Virus record (IMG/VR): IMGVR_UViG_3300005758_000132
Location: 45,014-109,013 of that record
DNA length: 64,000 nt
Strand: one strand, 5' to 3'
Source: a virus
Each line of letters begins with the position of its first letter. Position 1 is the stretch's first letter. Below, one piece after another: positions 42,259 through 51,654 of the stretch. Under the pieces are notes generated by a model that saw nothing but the letters and a program-made list of their open reading frames with translations, searched no databases and had not been told where the DNA came from. A program made the translations under genes and the position numbers.

Positions 42259-43313
42259 CCGTTATCCTCCTCGTCAAGCACGACTTCAACGTCTTCCGCC
42301 ACATCCGCAGGCTCGTCTTCCGCGTCTTCGCCTAGCAAGTCTTCGGGCCGATTAGACGGCGCAGACCTAGCGGTTAGGAGCATGTCGAGAACGCGCTCAA
42401 ACAACTCTGGGTCAGCTAGCGCTTCTTTCGGCGCGTCGCCCTCGCCCAGCGCGGTGCCGTCTACGAGCGCATAGGCTCGCTTCCGTTTCTTTATGACTCC
42501 TGCGTCGAGTGCCGCAGTGAACAGGTCAGTTTCCTTGTCGATACCGCGACCAAATACAATCTCCCAGGAGCCTTCGCAGAATGGTGGGGCGAGCTTGTTT
42601 TTGACCACTTTACCGATGATTTTCTCGCCTACCACTGAGCTGCGCTTCGTGATCCTACCTCCACGCTTTAGCTCTACGCGAACAGACGCGTAGAACTTGA
42701 GCGCCATGCCGCCTGGAGTAGTTGTGGGGCTGCCATAGACGACGCCAATTTTCGATCTAGTCTGATTGATAAAAATCACCGTCGAGTTCGCTGCGTGCAC
42801 CTCTGCCGCCAGAACTCTGCACGTCTGTCCCATCAACCGCGCCTGTAGACCTACGTGCGAGTCTCCGATCTCGCCATCAAGCTCTTTTTTAGGAGTGAGC
42901 GCCGCAACTGAATCGATGATGATTAGCCTAGCCCCTGCGCGCACACCTACTCGCGCAGTCTCTAGCGCGTCTTCACCATTGTCTGGCTGCGCAACCGCGA
43001 GCGTCGGCAAATCCACGCCTAGCGTTTCCGCATATGAGAGGTCGAGCGCGTGCTCCGCATCGACAAACAACACGTCGAGTCCAAGCGCTTGCGCCTGTAC
43101 AATAGCCAGCAGGCATAGCGTCGTTTTTCCGACGCTTTCAGGTCCGTATATCTCGACGATTCTTCCTTGCGGCCAGCCATATATTCCAAGCGCTTGATCG
43201 AGCGATAAGATGCCAGTCGGGATCACCTCGATACCTGTTTCCGCTTTACCAATCGCGGAGACGGCGCAGCCTTTCTTTTGCTCGTTCATGCGAGCGACGA
43301 GATCCTTAGCCAT
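42255..43313 (-). CDS. recA: RecA recombinase
   Basis: GRIVEIYGPESVGKTT, DAEHALD, IDSVAAL, GLQARLM, GGMALKFYASVR; start reassigned to ATG 43313. Confidence 0.95.
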   Translation of the reverse strand: MAKDLVARMNEQKKGCAVSAIGKAETGIEVIPTGILSLDQALGIYGWPQGRIVEIYGPESVGKTTLCLLAIVQAQALGLDVLFVDAEHALDLSYAETLGVDLPTLAVAQPDNGEDALETARVGVRAGARLIIIDSVAALTPKKELDGEIGDSHVGLQARLMGQTCRVLAAEVHAANSTVIFINQTRSKIGVVYGSPTTTPGGMALKFYASVRVELKRGGRITKRSSVVGEKIIGKVVKNKLAPPFCEGSWEIVFGRGIDKETDLFTAALDAGVIKKRKRAYALVDGTALGEGDAPKEALADPELFERVLDMLLTARSAPSNRPEDLLGEDAEDEPADVAEDVEVVLDEEDNG

Positions 43314-43392
43314 GAAGATACTCCAATACAAACACGCCCTCATTTCTGAGGGCGCGATGTTTTGACGGTAGTTTACTCAGCGATTACGGCGT

Positions 43393-44235
43393 TCAGTCGA
43401 GGTCTAACTCTAAGTCACTGAGGTCATCTGAAGCGGTGCGCGGCGTGCGTGTGGGCTGCTTTGTAGGAGCCTTCTGTGCCACTTGACGCGGAGCACCCGC
43501 GCCTGAGCTGCTGCTTCGAATGCCAAGGGCTTCCATCATCTCTTCCATGGCCTCGCGTGTAGGCAGCTCGTGCGTCCACGCGATGGACTCAGGACGCGCT
43601 CGCAGCCAATCGATATTGACAGGCCCACGCTCGTCGAGAACCGCTCTAATGTCCTTGTACTCCGTCTTCAGGCCAGTGCCTTGACGAGTGACGGTCACCG
43701 GGCAGCCGGTCCGCTTATCGGTGAAGTTGACCGCGGCACGACCGCGCAAGATGCCGAGAAGCGCGTCATCGATGGTCTTGCCATACGAAAATAGCTGCAC
43801 TCCCAGCGCCTCTGACTCGTTGCTCGTGACGTCTACGACCTCCGCCACCACCTTGAGCTTCGGGCGAAGCTGTTTTGCGGTCTCCTTCGCCACCGGATCA
43901 GGTGAAGCGGAAAGCTGCTCCCAGCGCTTGCAGATCGGACAACTGCGGCGCGACCCATCCTCCATCGGCACTGATGCAGGACAAACGATCGGACGCTTGA
44001 GCGACGGCGCGCGATGCTCCTTGAAGCGAACCCACGGCACACTCTCGCCGGGGCGCGGGGGGAGGAATCGCAGCACGGTCTCGCCCTGTTCGAGCTTGAT
44101 CCAGCTCGCGCGAGCAGCACCAAACTCTTCGTAGGTGCTGTCGTGGTCCGCGGTCATCGCGGTTAGATCGCTGTCTCCAGCGAGCATATCGAGTTCATCA
44201 TCATTGACAGGTGGCTTTTTATTTACAGGCTTCAA
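43393..44235 (-). CDS. Single-stranded DNA-binding protein (T4 gp32-like)
   Basis: LRFLPP, C..CPIC Zn site, GTGLKTEY, acidic tail. Confidence 0.8.
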   Translation of the reverse strand: MKPVNKKPPVNDDELDMLAGDSDLTAMTADHDSTYEEFGAARASWIKLEQGETVLRFLPPRPGESVPWVRFKEHRAPSLKRPIVCPASVPMEDGSRRSCPICKRWEQLSASPDPVAKETAKQLRPKLKVVAEVVDVTSNESEALGVQLFSYGKTIDDALLGILRGRAAVNFTDKRTGCPVTVTRQGTGLKTEYKDIRAVLDERGPVNIDWLRARPESIAWTHELPTREAMEEMMEALGIRSSSSGAGAPRQVAQKAPTKQPTRTPRTASDDLSDLELDLD

Positions 44236-44283
44236 TTTTCATTCTCCCTTAGCTTAACGCGGACGTCGCCGCCGTTTGCTCTC

Positions 44284-44718
44284 TCACGCGTCAGTCGCCA
44301 GCGCGCGCTTGTGCGCACCGAGACTGACTAGCATGTCCTTTTTTGATCGCAACGCCTCAACTACGGCGTTGATTTTCGCCTCGTTATCCTCAGCGGTATG
44401 CAGGGTCTGCGTAGCCTCTACCACTGATGGATGCTCGCTGACAAGCGCCTTGATATCTTCGACCGTCAGCTTAGCGCTAGGTCCTGACTGCGCCTTCACT
44501 AGCTCGCGCGCCTCAGCCTTGGCGAGATCGAGCCCTAGCTTAGCGCTATTGATGCGCGTCTGCGCCTTGGCGCGATTGTAGAGCCAGAAAGCGTAATCAC
44601 CTGCGAAGTGCGAGAATTCCGTCTCTAGGTCGTCCTCGTTTATCGTAACGATATCAGTCACCTTTTTCGGTAATGCTGACACCTGAATATCGTCAAAATC
44701 CTCTATGTTATTTGACAC
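44284..44718 (-). CDS. Recombination mediator UvsY-like protein
   Basis: Helical, KLTVEDIKALV..KKDMLVSLGA, adjacent to SSB/RecA; GTG start after GAGG. Confidence 0.6.
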   Translation of the reverse strand: MSNNIEDFDDIQVSALPKKVTDIVTINEDDLETEFSHFAGDYAFWLYNRAKAQTRINSAKLGLDLAKAEARELVKAQSGPSAKLTVEDIKALVSEHPSVVEATQTLHTAEDNEAKINAVVEALRSKKDMLVSLGAHKRALATDA

Positions 44719-44875
44719 GTAGCTTTTCCTCTGAATCCGCTTTTTTAACCCATGTTCCAAGAGTGGTGAGAAGCGCGAACGCGGCTACAGCGGACACGCA
44801 TACCGACGTCGCGGACAGCGTCGTGGTAGACGCCAGGTTGGCTGCGAACATGCTTGATAACGCGATCCGAATCAT
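44708..44875 (-). CDS. Small hydrophobic protein
   Basis: ATG 44875 after GGAGG, first gene after promoter. Confidence 0.4.
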   Translation of the reverse strand: MIRIALSSMFAANLASTTTLSATSVCVSAVAAFALLTTLGTWVKKADSEEKLRVK

Positions 44876-44918
44876 CCGGCCCTCCGCTACTCGTAGAAGC
44901 TCAACCGCTTCTGAATCG

Positions 44919-44947
44919 TGTATAATGGCGAACGTTTTTCGTGTCAA
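44919..44947 (-). promoter_or_regulatory. Conserved promoter TTGACA-N17-TATACA
   Basis: Spacer CGAAAAACGTTCGCCAT. Confidence 0.85.
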
Positions 44948-44972
44948 CATAAAACAACGCGGACCGCGCTTT

Positions 44973-47591
44973 CTAAATCTTAACGCTCTCCATAGACCCA
45001 AACCTGTCCCCTACGCTAGCGTCTACCTCTAGCGGCACTGCTAGGCCAAAGCTGGTCATAGTCTTGGACACGATAGCCAGCACCTCCTGGACGGCTGCTA
45101 GATCCACGTCAAAAACAATCTGATCGTGTACCTGTAGCACGGGCCAAGCTGCCTCATCTAGGCCGTGCCTTGTCAAGACGCGCTGACACTCGTACAGAGC
45201 TGCGTTGGTGATCTCAGCGCCACCGCCTTGCACAGGCGTGTTGACGGAGACGCGCAACGCGCCGTTGACGTCTGATCGATTGCGCGAAAACGCTTCTGGC
45301 ACTGGTCTCCATCGTGACAATAGGCCGTCTGAGTCTGACCCCTCTGATCCAGGTCGCCAACGACGGATCCAAACTCCGCCGGTCTTCCGTACCTCGTCGT
45401 GACGTCCCTTGATCCATCGCGCCAGGCCGGCAAACGAGCCCAAGATCGCAGTCCGGGTATTCGCAGCCATATCTACGGTGATATTGAGCGACTCAGCTGC
45501 GCTTTCATCGCCCTTACCATACAAGAGAGCGAAGTTGAGGGTCTTGGCGGTGTCTCGAAGCCAATGCTCTTTGGTAACAGCAGTCGGATCGACATTGAAA
45601 ATGGGTGCGATTAGCCGTGCGGTTGCAAGATGGAAGTCTATCCCAGAGCGCAGGAGCCGAAGCATCTCCCTGTCACCGCTCAGCGCCGCTGCAATGCGAA
45701 TCTCAAGCGTCGAGTAGTCAAAGCCTACAAGCGTGCGCCCAGGTGACGCTAGAATTAGGTCTTTTACTCGCTTACCGTCGTCACTTTTCGCCTTCGGGAT
45801 ATTCTGCAAATTAGGCTCTGCCGACGAAAAGCGACCGGTCTCTGTGCCGTGTATCTTATAGCTCGTGTGTATCCTGCCGTCGTCTTGAATGAACCGCTCG
45901 AATCCCCAAGCGTATGTGCCACTGAGCGTCTTCACCTTGCGGTAGTCGAGCAACGCCTTAGCAGCCGGGTGTTCGTTCGCCAGCTTTGCGAGCGCGTGCT
46001 TGTCACAGCTAGGCGCACCACTGTCCGTTGTCCAAGGCGGTGTAAGTCCGCACGTGTCGTAAAAGAACTCGCCAATCTGCTTTTGGCTGTTCCAGTTTAT
46101 CTGCGCGTAGCTGTTCAGCGTGCCTAAATGCTCGTCAAGGCGCGCTTGAAAGTACGACTGCAAGTCTCGCGCGTGTTTACGGACTACCGCTACACCGCGT
46201 CGTTCCATCATCGTGACAACGCGTTCGAGCGGCTGCATATGGTCGTACCACGTGCGCTGCAAGATTTCGCTCTTCTCGTCTTCACCAAAACGTCTTGCGA
46301 TATCGTCCGCCAATAGAGCGGTGGATAACGCGTCTTTCGCGTTGTATTTCAGGAGCAATCTAGGTCTGACGCGCCCGTAGGCATACGCGTCTGGTGACTC
46401 AAACGCGTGTGATCGCTTCAGGTCTGACGCGGCGTCTCCTGACGCAGCTGCTGCGCGCTTAGCCTCAGCTACTACACCAGCTCTCGCTTGCGTTAGCTCC
46501 GCCGCCATCTCAGCCTTGCCACCACCCATGCCTACAAGGTCTTGCTGTACCTCTAGGCCTACTAGCGCGTCACCCTTTAGCAGTCTGGTAGCTAGCATCG
46601 TGCATAGACCCAACTCTGGCGCCTCGTCGATACCAAACCAGCGCATGATCACTTGCGACTCAAACTTGGCGTTGTGCGCTATGACTTTACGCGTGTTTCC
46701 GCTCTTGGTCTTGTACAGCACACGAAGAAGCGCGTTCGCGGTGTCTGATCCAGGCGCTAAATCGTCGCCGTAAAAGCACCAGCCAACGTCAGGAAACGCG
46801 CTATGATAGATCGACAAGCTCAAGAGCTTGAAGTCAGTATCGTAGATGCGACCGCTCGTCTCGACGTCATAGCTGAGACTGTGGTCACCAGCCCAATCGG
46901 TGAACTCGTCTACGGCATCTGAGTCAATACGTATAGTCACTGCCGTAAACGGCGGACGTGGCGGAGTAAACCGCAATGAAGCGTCCATACGCGCTAGCGT
47001 ATCGCGCATCAGCTTAGTGTTCAGCGCGAGGTCACGGACGCTCGGAAATAGGAACACTGGCACGTCAATCTCACGTAACCATGCGTAGGCTGATGGCGCG
47101 CTGAACGCGTCATGAGACCTTCCAAGCACGCCTTTCGCCGCTGTCCTGCCGAACACGAACACGCGTGACCACTGTCGAAACTGAAGCGTGCGCGCTAGGT
47201 ACGGCCTACACGTGCTCACCCAGTTGTTGTCTGGCTTAGACTTGCCTACTGGGCATTTGACGGCGAAGTCGTAAACAACATCTCCGTGCCAACGCGCGTT
47301 CAGCTTTTGCCGAATATCGGCTGCTACAGGACCGCCGAATAGACCTCCCGTAGCAGCCTCCGCCTTAGTCGGCCAGTCGCCAATAACCAATATCGCGGAC
47401 GCGTCTTCGTCGCGCACCTTAGGAGGAACCAAGAGCGGCTTTACGCAGCGCTTGGCGCTATCCTGCTCTTGCTCGCTTGCGTCGCAAGCTGAGCATCCTA
47501 CTACGCGCGTGGCGGGCGTAGTGCCCTCGATTGCCAACCGGTCGAAGTCAGATCGGTTGGTGTAGAGGTTAATGGACTGACCCGGTCTCAT
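44973..47591 (-). CDS. Family A DNA polymerase with N-terminal UDG-like (family 4) domain and 3'-5' exonuclease
   Basis: DVETSG, HNAKFE, YNAKD; TETGRFSS.EPNLQNIP, DYSTLEIR, AKTLNFALLYG, VHD; four Cys in N-terminal UDG fold. Confidence 0.93.
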   Translation of the reverse strand: MRPGQSINLYTNRSDFDRLAIEGTTPATRVVGCSACDASEQEQDSAKRCVKPLLVPPKVRDEDASAILVIGDWPTKAEAATGGLFGGPVAADIRQKLNARWHGDVVYDFAVKCPVGKSKPDNNWVSTCRPYLARTLQFRQWSRVFVFGRTAAKGVLGRSHDAFSAPSAYAWLREIDVPVFLFPSVRDLALNTKLMRDTLARMDASLRFTPPRPPFTAVTIRIDSDAVDEFTDWAGDHSLSYDVETSGRIYDTDFKLLSLSIYHSAFPDVGWCFYGDDLAPGSDTANALLRVLYKTKSGNTRKVIAHNAKFESQVIMRWFGIDEAPELGLCTMLATRLLKGDALVGLEVQQDLVGMGGGKAEMAAELTQARAGVVAEAKRAAAASGDAASDLKRSHAFESPDAYAYGRVRPRLLLKYNAKDALSTALLADDIARRFGEDEKSEILQRTWYDHMQPLERVVTMMERRGVAVVRKHARDLQSYFQARLDEHLGTLNSYAQINWNSQKQIGEFFYDTCGLTPPWTTDSGAPSCDKHALAKLANEHPAAKALLDYRKVKTLSGTYAWGFERFIQDDGRIHTSYKIHGTETGRFSSAEPNLQNIPKAKSDDGKRVKDLILASPGRTLVGFDYSTLEIRIAAALSGDREMLRLLRSGIDFHLATARLIAPIFNVDPTAVTKEHWLRDTAKTLNFALLYGKGDESAAESLNITVDMAANTRTAILGSFAGLARWIKGRHDEVRKTGGVWIRRWRPGSEGSDSDGLLSRWRPVPEAFSRNRSDVNGALRVSVNTPVQGGGAEITNAALYECQRVLTRHGLDEAAWPVLQVHDQIVFDVDLAAVQEVLAIVSKTMTSFGLAVPLEVDASVGDRFGSMESVKI

Positions 47592-48655
47592 CAGCGCGTC
47601 GCGAGGATGGACTTGATGCGGGGCACGCTGAGGCCACCGACGTTGGCCTGAATCTTCGGACTATAGGGCGCGAGATCCAGGATAATGCTGAGCAGCTTCT
47701 CAGCGTCTTCAATTCCGTAATGTGCCGCAGCGATATGCACAGCTGACCGGAAGTTAGAGGCTGTCCGCAACCCGTCCGGGATGTTCTTTGGGTCTACAGC
47801 GATGTCGTCTTCTGACGCGTCCTCTTGCGCCGGATCGACTACCGCCGCCGCCGCCTTGCGCAGAACCACCGGCGCAGGCTTCACCACGGGCTCGTCGTCG
47901 TCGAGGCCTGCGTAGGGATCCTCGTCAACCGTCTTAACGTTTTTCACAGGCGCAGGCGCAGGCGCTACGTCGCGAGCCGCGGGTCGCGGGAATACGACTG
48001 GAGGCTCTTCCTCCGTGGCTTCCTCCTCGACGGGAGCAGGCGTCGTGACCTCAGGAAGCGGGTTTTTACGAGGCCTTCCGGGCTTACGCTTTTCAGGTGC
48101 CGCCTCAACAACGGGAGGCGCAGGCGCTTCGTCAGTCTCAGGCTCTGAACCGTCATCGGCTGGGGTCTCGACCACGCTCGCGTCACGATTCTTTGGCGGA
48201 CGCCCACGTCGCGGCACCACGGTGTCCGGTGAAATCTCAGCGCGCAGGTCCCGCGCGATGCTACCGTCACCGTTGACGAGGCTGTCGAGCGCTGTAGTGA
48301 TCTGCGCCTTGTTCATGCCGGCGACGTCGAAGTTAAGGCTCTTCGCAAGCGCGATGGCGTCAGAGAGCTTGAGCGACGCCACATCAGTAGATGCCTTTTC
48401 AGGCACGTCGACCGGCGCCTTAGCCTTCACGGTGCTAACAGGCGCGGCAGGCGCAGGCGCAGGGGCGGCGGCAGGAGCAGGGGTATAAGTAACAACTTCA
48501 GGCTGTCGCGGAGCAGTATAGGCTGCCGCGACAGGCGCCAGAACTACCGTCGGTGCCTTGTTGATAGCCTGCTCAGCCGTCAGCGCTTCAACGAATTCAC
48601 GCAACTGCTGTGCGAGCTGCGCGGGGCCTCCTTCAAACTCAAAACTCATCTTCAT
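47591..48655 (-). CDS. Low-complexity protein with Rho-N/HEH-like domain and two AT-hooks
   Basis: LKLSDAIALAKSLNFDVAGMNKAQI; RRGRPPK; KPGRPRK. Confidence 0.6.
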   Translation of the reverse strand: MKMSFEFEGGPAQLAQQLREFVEALTAEQAINKAPTVVLAPVAAAYTAPRQPEVVTYTPAPAAAPAPAPAAPVSTVKAKAPVDVPEKASTDVASLKLSDAIALAKSLNFDVAGMNKAQITTALDSLVNGDGSIARDLRAEISPDTVVPRRGRPPKNRDASVVETPADDGSEPETDEAPAPPVVEAAPEKRKPGRPRKNPLPEVTTPAPVEEEATEEEPPVVFPRPAARDVAPAPAPVKNVKTVDEDPYAGLDDDEPVVKPAPVVLRKAAAAVVDPAQEDASEDDIAVDPKNIPDGLRTASNFRSAVHIAAAHYGIEDAEKLLSIILDLAPYSPKIQANVGGLSVPRIKSILATR

Positions 48656-48685
48656 GCTATGTCTCCAGGTCCGAAACCTGATGCG

Positions 48686-48713
48686 AGTATAAATGCAAAC
48701 GTTATAAAGTCGA
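48686..48713 (-). promoter_or_regulatory. Variant promoter TCGACT-N16-TATACT
   Basis: Retains AACGTTTGC spacer core and upstream T-tract. Confidence 0.55.
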
Positions 48714-48730
48714 CAGAAAAATGCGTCACC

Positions 48731-49687
48731 TCAGAAAAAAACCTCGTCCGCGGTAATCTGCGCCAGACTATTCGCGGGCAGGTAGCGCAAGCGCGCAGCG
48801 ACAGCTGCTGCCTTGTATCTAGCTCCGCCGCCTAACATGGCAGCGATATCTTGACCTGCTGGAAAGCGTATCGCGCCAGCTCGAAGTTCAATGCCAGCGT
48901 TGTAAGCAGCGTTGATCAGCTTCACACGCGCGATCATGTTTTCACGCCAAGCGTCACCATCGAGCGCCAGTATCACGGTCCTAGTGCTGCGCGTCTCGAC
49001 TATGGTGCGCGCGATGACGCCTATCTGGCTCTCCGTAGGCTTGCCTAGCGTAGCGATGCCGTCAGGCCATACGGCTAGCGCGTCGAGTACGCCTTCACAA
49101 ATGAACAGTGGAGCGCTAGTCCGCTCCTCAAAGGCGTCGAGGTTATAGACGTTGTCGCGACTCATGCCAGGCGGGTACTTGTACTTCGGGCTCCAAGCGT
49201 CATCAGGAGCAAACAGTCGCGCGCTGTACCCCGCTAGCTTACCGTTGCGTGACCATATTGGTATGATGACACGGTCCTTGATTTGAGGCGACCACCCTAC
49301 ACCTGCCTCGCGCAAAGTACGCGAAGAGTATCCTCTTGATCGCAGATATCCGATCGCCTTTGCTGCCGCGGGATGTTGCTCAGCATCATCCGCGCTTATC
49401 CAAGGCTCTGGCAACGTAAACGTTTTCGGTCGCTCGGTCATCCCGGCGTCGACCGCGGCGTTTAGCGCACTCCCTATGTCGCGCAGCTCGTCGCTCACGC
49501 CAGCTACTGAACAGCGCCAGCACTTGTAGTAGCCAGACGTGATATTGACGGCGAGGTTTTTTCGTCCGCTGTGTCCTGCCTCTGCACATGCGGGACACTC
49601 GACTCGACGCCATCCGCCGTCGTCTATCGAAGCGCCGCGTCCACCAAAAAGGTCATAAACGTACGCGTCAATTTCACTTTTCCGCAA
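48731..49687 (-). CDS. DNA primase (Zn-finger plus TOPRIM, DnaG-like)
   Basis: CPAC..CWRC, YLRSRG, ICEGVLDA, ALDGDA; start estimated. Confidence 0.88.
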   Translation of the reverse strand: MRKSEIDAYVYDLFGGRGASIDDGGWRRVECPACAEAGHSGRKNLAVNITSGYYKCWRCSVAGVSDELRDIGSALNAAVDAGMTERPKTFTLPEPWISADDAEQHPAAAKAIGYLRSRGYSSRTLREAGVGWSPQIKDRVIIPIWSRNGKLAGYSARLFAPDDAWSPKYKYPPGMSRDNVYNLDAFEERTSAPLFICEGVLDALAVWPDGIATLGKPTESQIGVIARTIVETRSTRTVILALDGDAWRENMIARVKLINAAYNAGIELRAGAIRFPAGQDIAAMLGGGARYKAAAVAARLRYLPANSLAQITADEVFF

Positions 49688-51068
49688 GACGTGCCCCCTG
49701 GTCGTCGTTGCCGTAAAGACCGTTGTAGCGCGTGTCTTCCGCGTCAAGGATTGACGTCTCGTAAAGACGGCTGACGGCAAACCCAACAGGCTTTGGTCCG
49801 ATCACTAGATGCGCGTCGCCCTCGCGCCACTTGAAGAGATTGATCGTCATCGTGCGGTCTGGCGTCTTGCCAAGCGCGTTGACGCTGAAAAACGCGTCGA
49901 AACGACGCTCTTTGTGTTGCGAGTCCGCAGCGTCACCAGTACCCCAATACATGCCACTCTTGCGTCGTGTGGTAGCTGAACCTGTCCAGATAGGGATGTT
50001 TCTGTCCGCTGCCATCTGAGCTAGCTCGTCTGATACAATCTCGCCCATCGAATAAGAGCTGCCGTGCGCTTTAGTCACTGAGGGGTGAAAGCGGTCTCCA
50101 TAATCCACCATCAGGATATCGACCTTGCGCCCCGCGCGTGCCTCCTCCTCTCTGAGCCAGTGCTCGATATCGGTTGGCGTCGGCTTCTTTCCAGGCGGCA
50201 TGTCGAAGTGCTTGACGGCAAACGGACCGATGTTGTCGCCGTGCTGGTCATAGTACGAATCTAGGATCGATGGGTTTTTGCGTATCGCTAGCACCGGAAC
50301 GCCAAATAGCGCTGCTTCGTATTTGGCCGCTACCTGATACACGCGCAACTCAGCACTGGCGTACGCGACAAACTTTTGCTGTATGCCAGTGAGATATGCG
50401 CTAATGTGTATGCACGCGGTGCTCTTGCCGTCTCCCGGTCCGCCAAGGATGCCGCCTACACAGCCCATAGTCAGTCCGCCACCCATGCCAGCGTCCAGCT
50501 CCGCGAATCCTGTACGCATCGCCTTGAAGTTAGTGGCCTCCAGCAGCGCCGCCTTTCTAGCGGATCTCGATGACGCAGACTTTCCTCGGTCTTGCTGCTC
50601 GCCGATCTTGGCGGCTGAAATGTAAGTCTCGACCGCCTTGTCCGGCATCGATCCACTCGCCCACGTCTCTAGCAGCTTGGTCGCAGCCTTGTCTTTCGCG
50701 TGCTGCCTAACTGCCTGCACTACAGTGCGAAGTAACGTTTCTGGATCGAGCGTGTCCAAGTGCTCGATCCCGTACTCTAACCACTGCAACGCTCGCGCGA
50801 GCGCGCGTTGCGAAAGCGCGCCGTCCTGCTCCAGTATCTCCGCCCACTGATACAGCATATTTATGCCGCCTGGGACGCCGCTGTCGGACGCTGCCGCCTT
50901 AGCCAGGATCAGCGTATGCTTCGACTCCTCTGACGCCAGATGGTCACCTTCCAGCAGCTTTCCGACCATGTGCCACGCTTCTGGGCGCGTCACGACGAGG
51001 GCTAACATTGCCCGCTCTATCTCTGACGACAACCGGTACCCCGTTTTCGGCTGTGCTCGACCTTTCAT
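49674..51068 (-). CDS. DnaB-like replicative helicase
   Basis: TGFAELD..GG, GGPGDGKS, SAE, VDYGD; start ATG 51068 after AGGAG. Confidence 0.85.
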   Translation of the reverse strand: MKGRAQPKTGYRLSSEIERAMLALVVTRPEAWHMVGKLLEGDHLASEESKHTLILAKAAASDSGVPGGINMLYQWAEILEQDGALSQRALARALQWLEYGIEHLDTLDPETLLRTVVQAVRQHAKDKAATKLLETWASGSMPDKAVETYISAAKIGEQQDRGKSASSRSARKAALLEATNFKAMRTGFAELDAGMGGGLTMGCVGGILGGPGDGKSTACIHISAYLTGIQQKFVAYASAELRVYQVAAKYEAALFGVPVLAIRKNPSILDSYYDQHGDNIGPFAVKHFDMPPGKKPTPTDIEHWLREEEARAGRKVDILMVDYGDRFHPSVTKAHGSSYSMGEIVSDELAQMAADRNIPIWTGSATTRRKSGMYWGTGDAADSQHKERRFDAFFSVNALGKTPDRTMTINLFKWREGDAHLVIGPKPVGFAVSRLYETSILDAEDTRYNGLYGNDDQGARLAEK

Positions 51069-51654
51069 TCTGCTTCTCCTGTAGACGCGCGCTAACCATG
51101 TCCACCCAAGCGCGCAAATTAGTCGGGAACGCGGCTCCACGCAGTGTCGCGTCGCGCCAGCGCTTCTCCAAAGATTGCTTTTCAAATTTCGCAGCGCGTG
51201 CATCAATGACGTCATCAAGCAAGATAGCTCGTCCGCCAAACGCGTGCGTGGTCTCGTTTCTAAATTGATTTCTCGATATCCTATTTCTAAGCGATGAAAT
51301 AGAAACTAATTGGTGCATCGTTGGTAGAGACTTTGGCGCGTGAAAGTACTGATGCGCAATAGCGCGCCACGACATCCACTCAACAGGCGCGATACGCTTT
51401 TCAGCGAACAGAGCTAGCGCCTCGTCTAGCGTGTCACGAGTGATCGCGAACTGTTGCTTTGCTGACGCAGGAACGTTCATCTGAAGAACTTTCCTGCACG
51501 CCCAAGCCCAAGCCCCACGCAGCAGCCTTACTCTGTCAGCCTGCGCTACGTCAGTCACGAGAGCAGAGTGCGGCTCAAAGGCCAAGACGATCTCAGGCTC
51601 AACTCTACCCGCGCCAAACGCGTTGCAGCGCGAGTGCCACACGTTATTATCCAC
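50944..51654 (-). CDS. Hypothetical protein (possible helicase loader/initiator)
   Basis: Between Prim-Pol and helicase genes. Confidence 0.5.
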   Translation of the reverse strand: MDNNVWHSRCNAFGAGRVEPEIVLAFEPHSALVTDVAQADRVRLLRGAWAWACRKVLQMNVPASAKQQFAITRDTLDEALALFAEKRIAPVEWMSWRAIAHQYFHAPKSLPTMHQLVSISSLRNRISRNQFRNETTHAFGGRAILLDDVIDARAAKFEKQSLEKRWRDATLRGAAFPTNLRAWVDMVSARLQEKQNERSSTAENGVPVVVRDRAGNVSPRRDAPRSVAHGRKAAGR

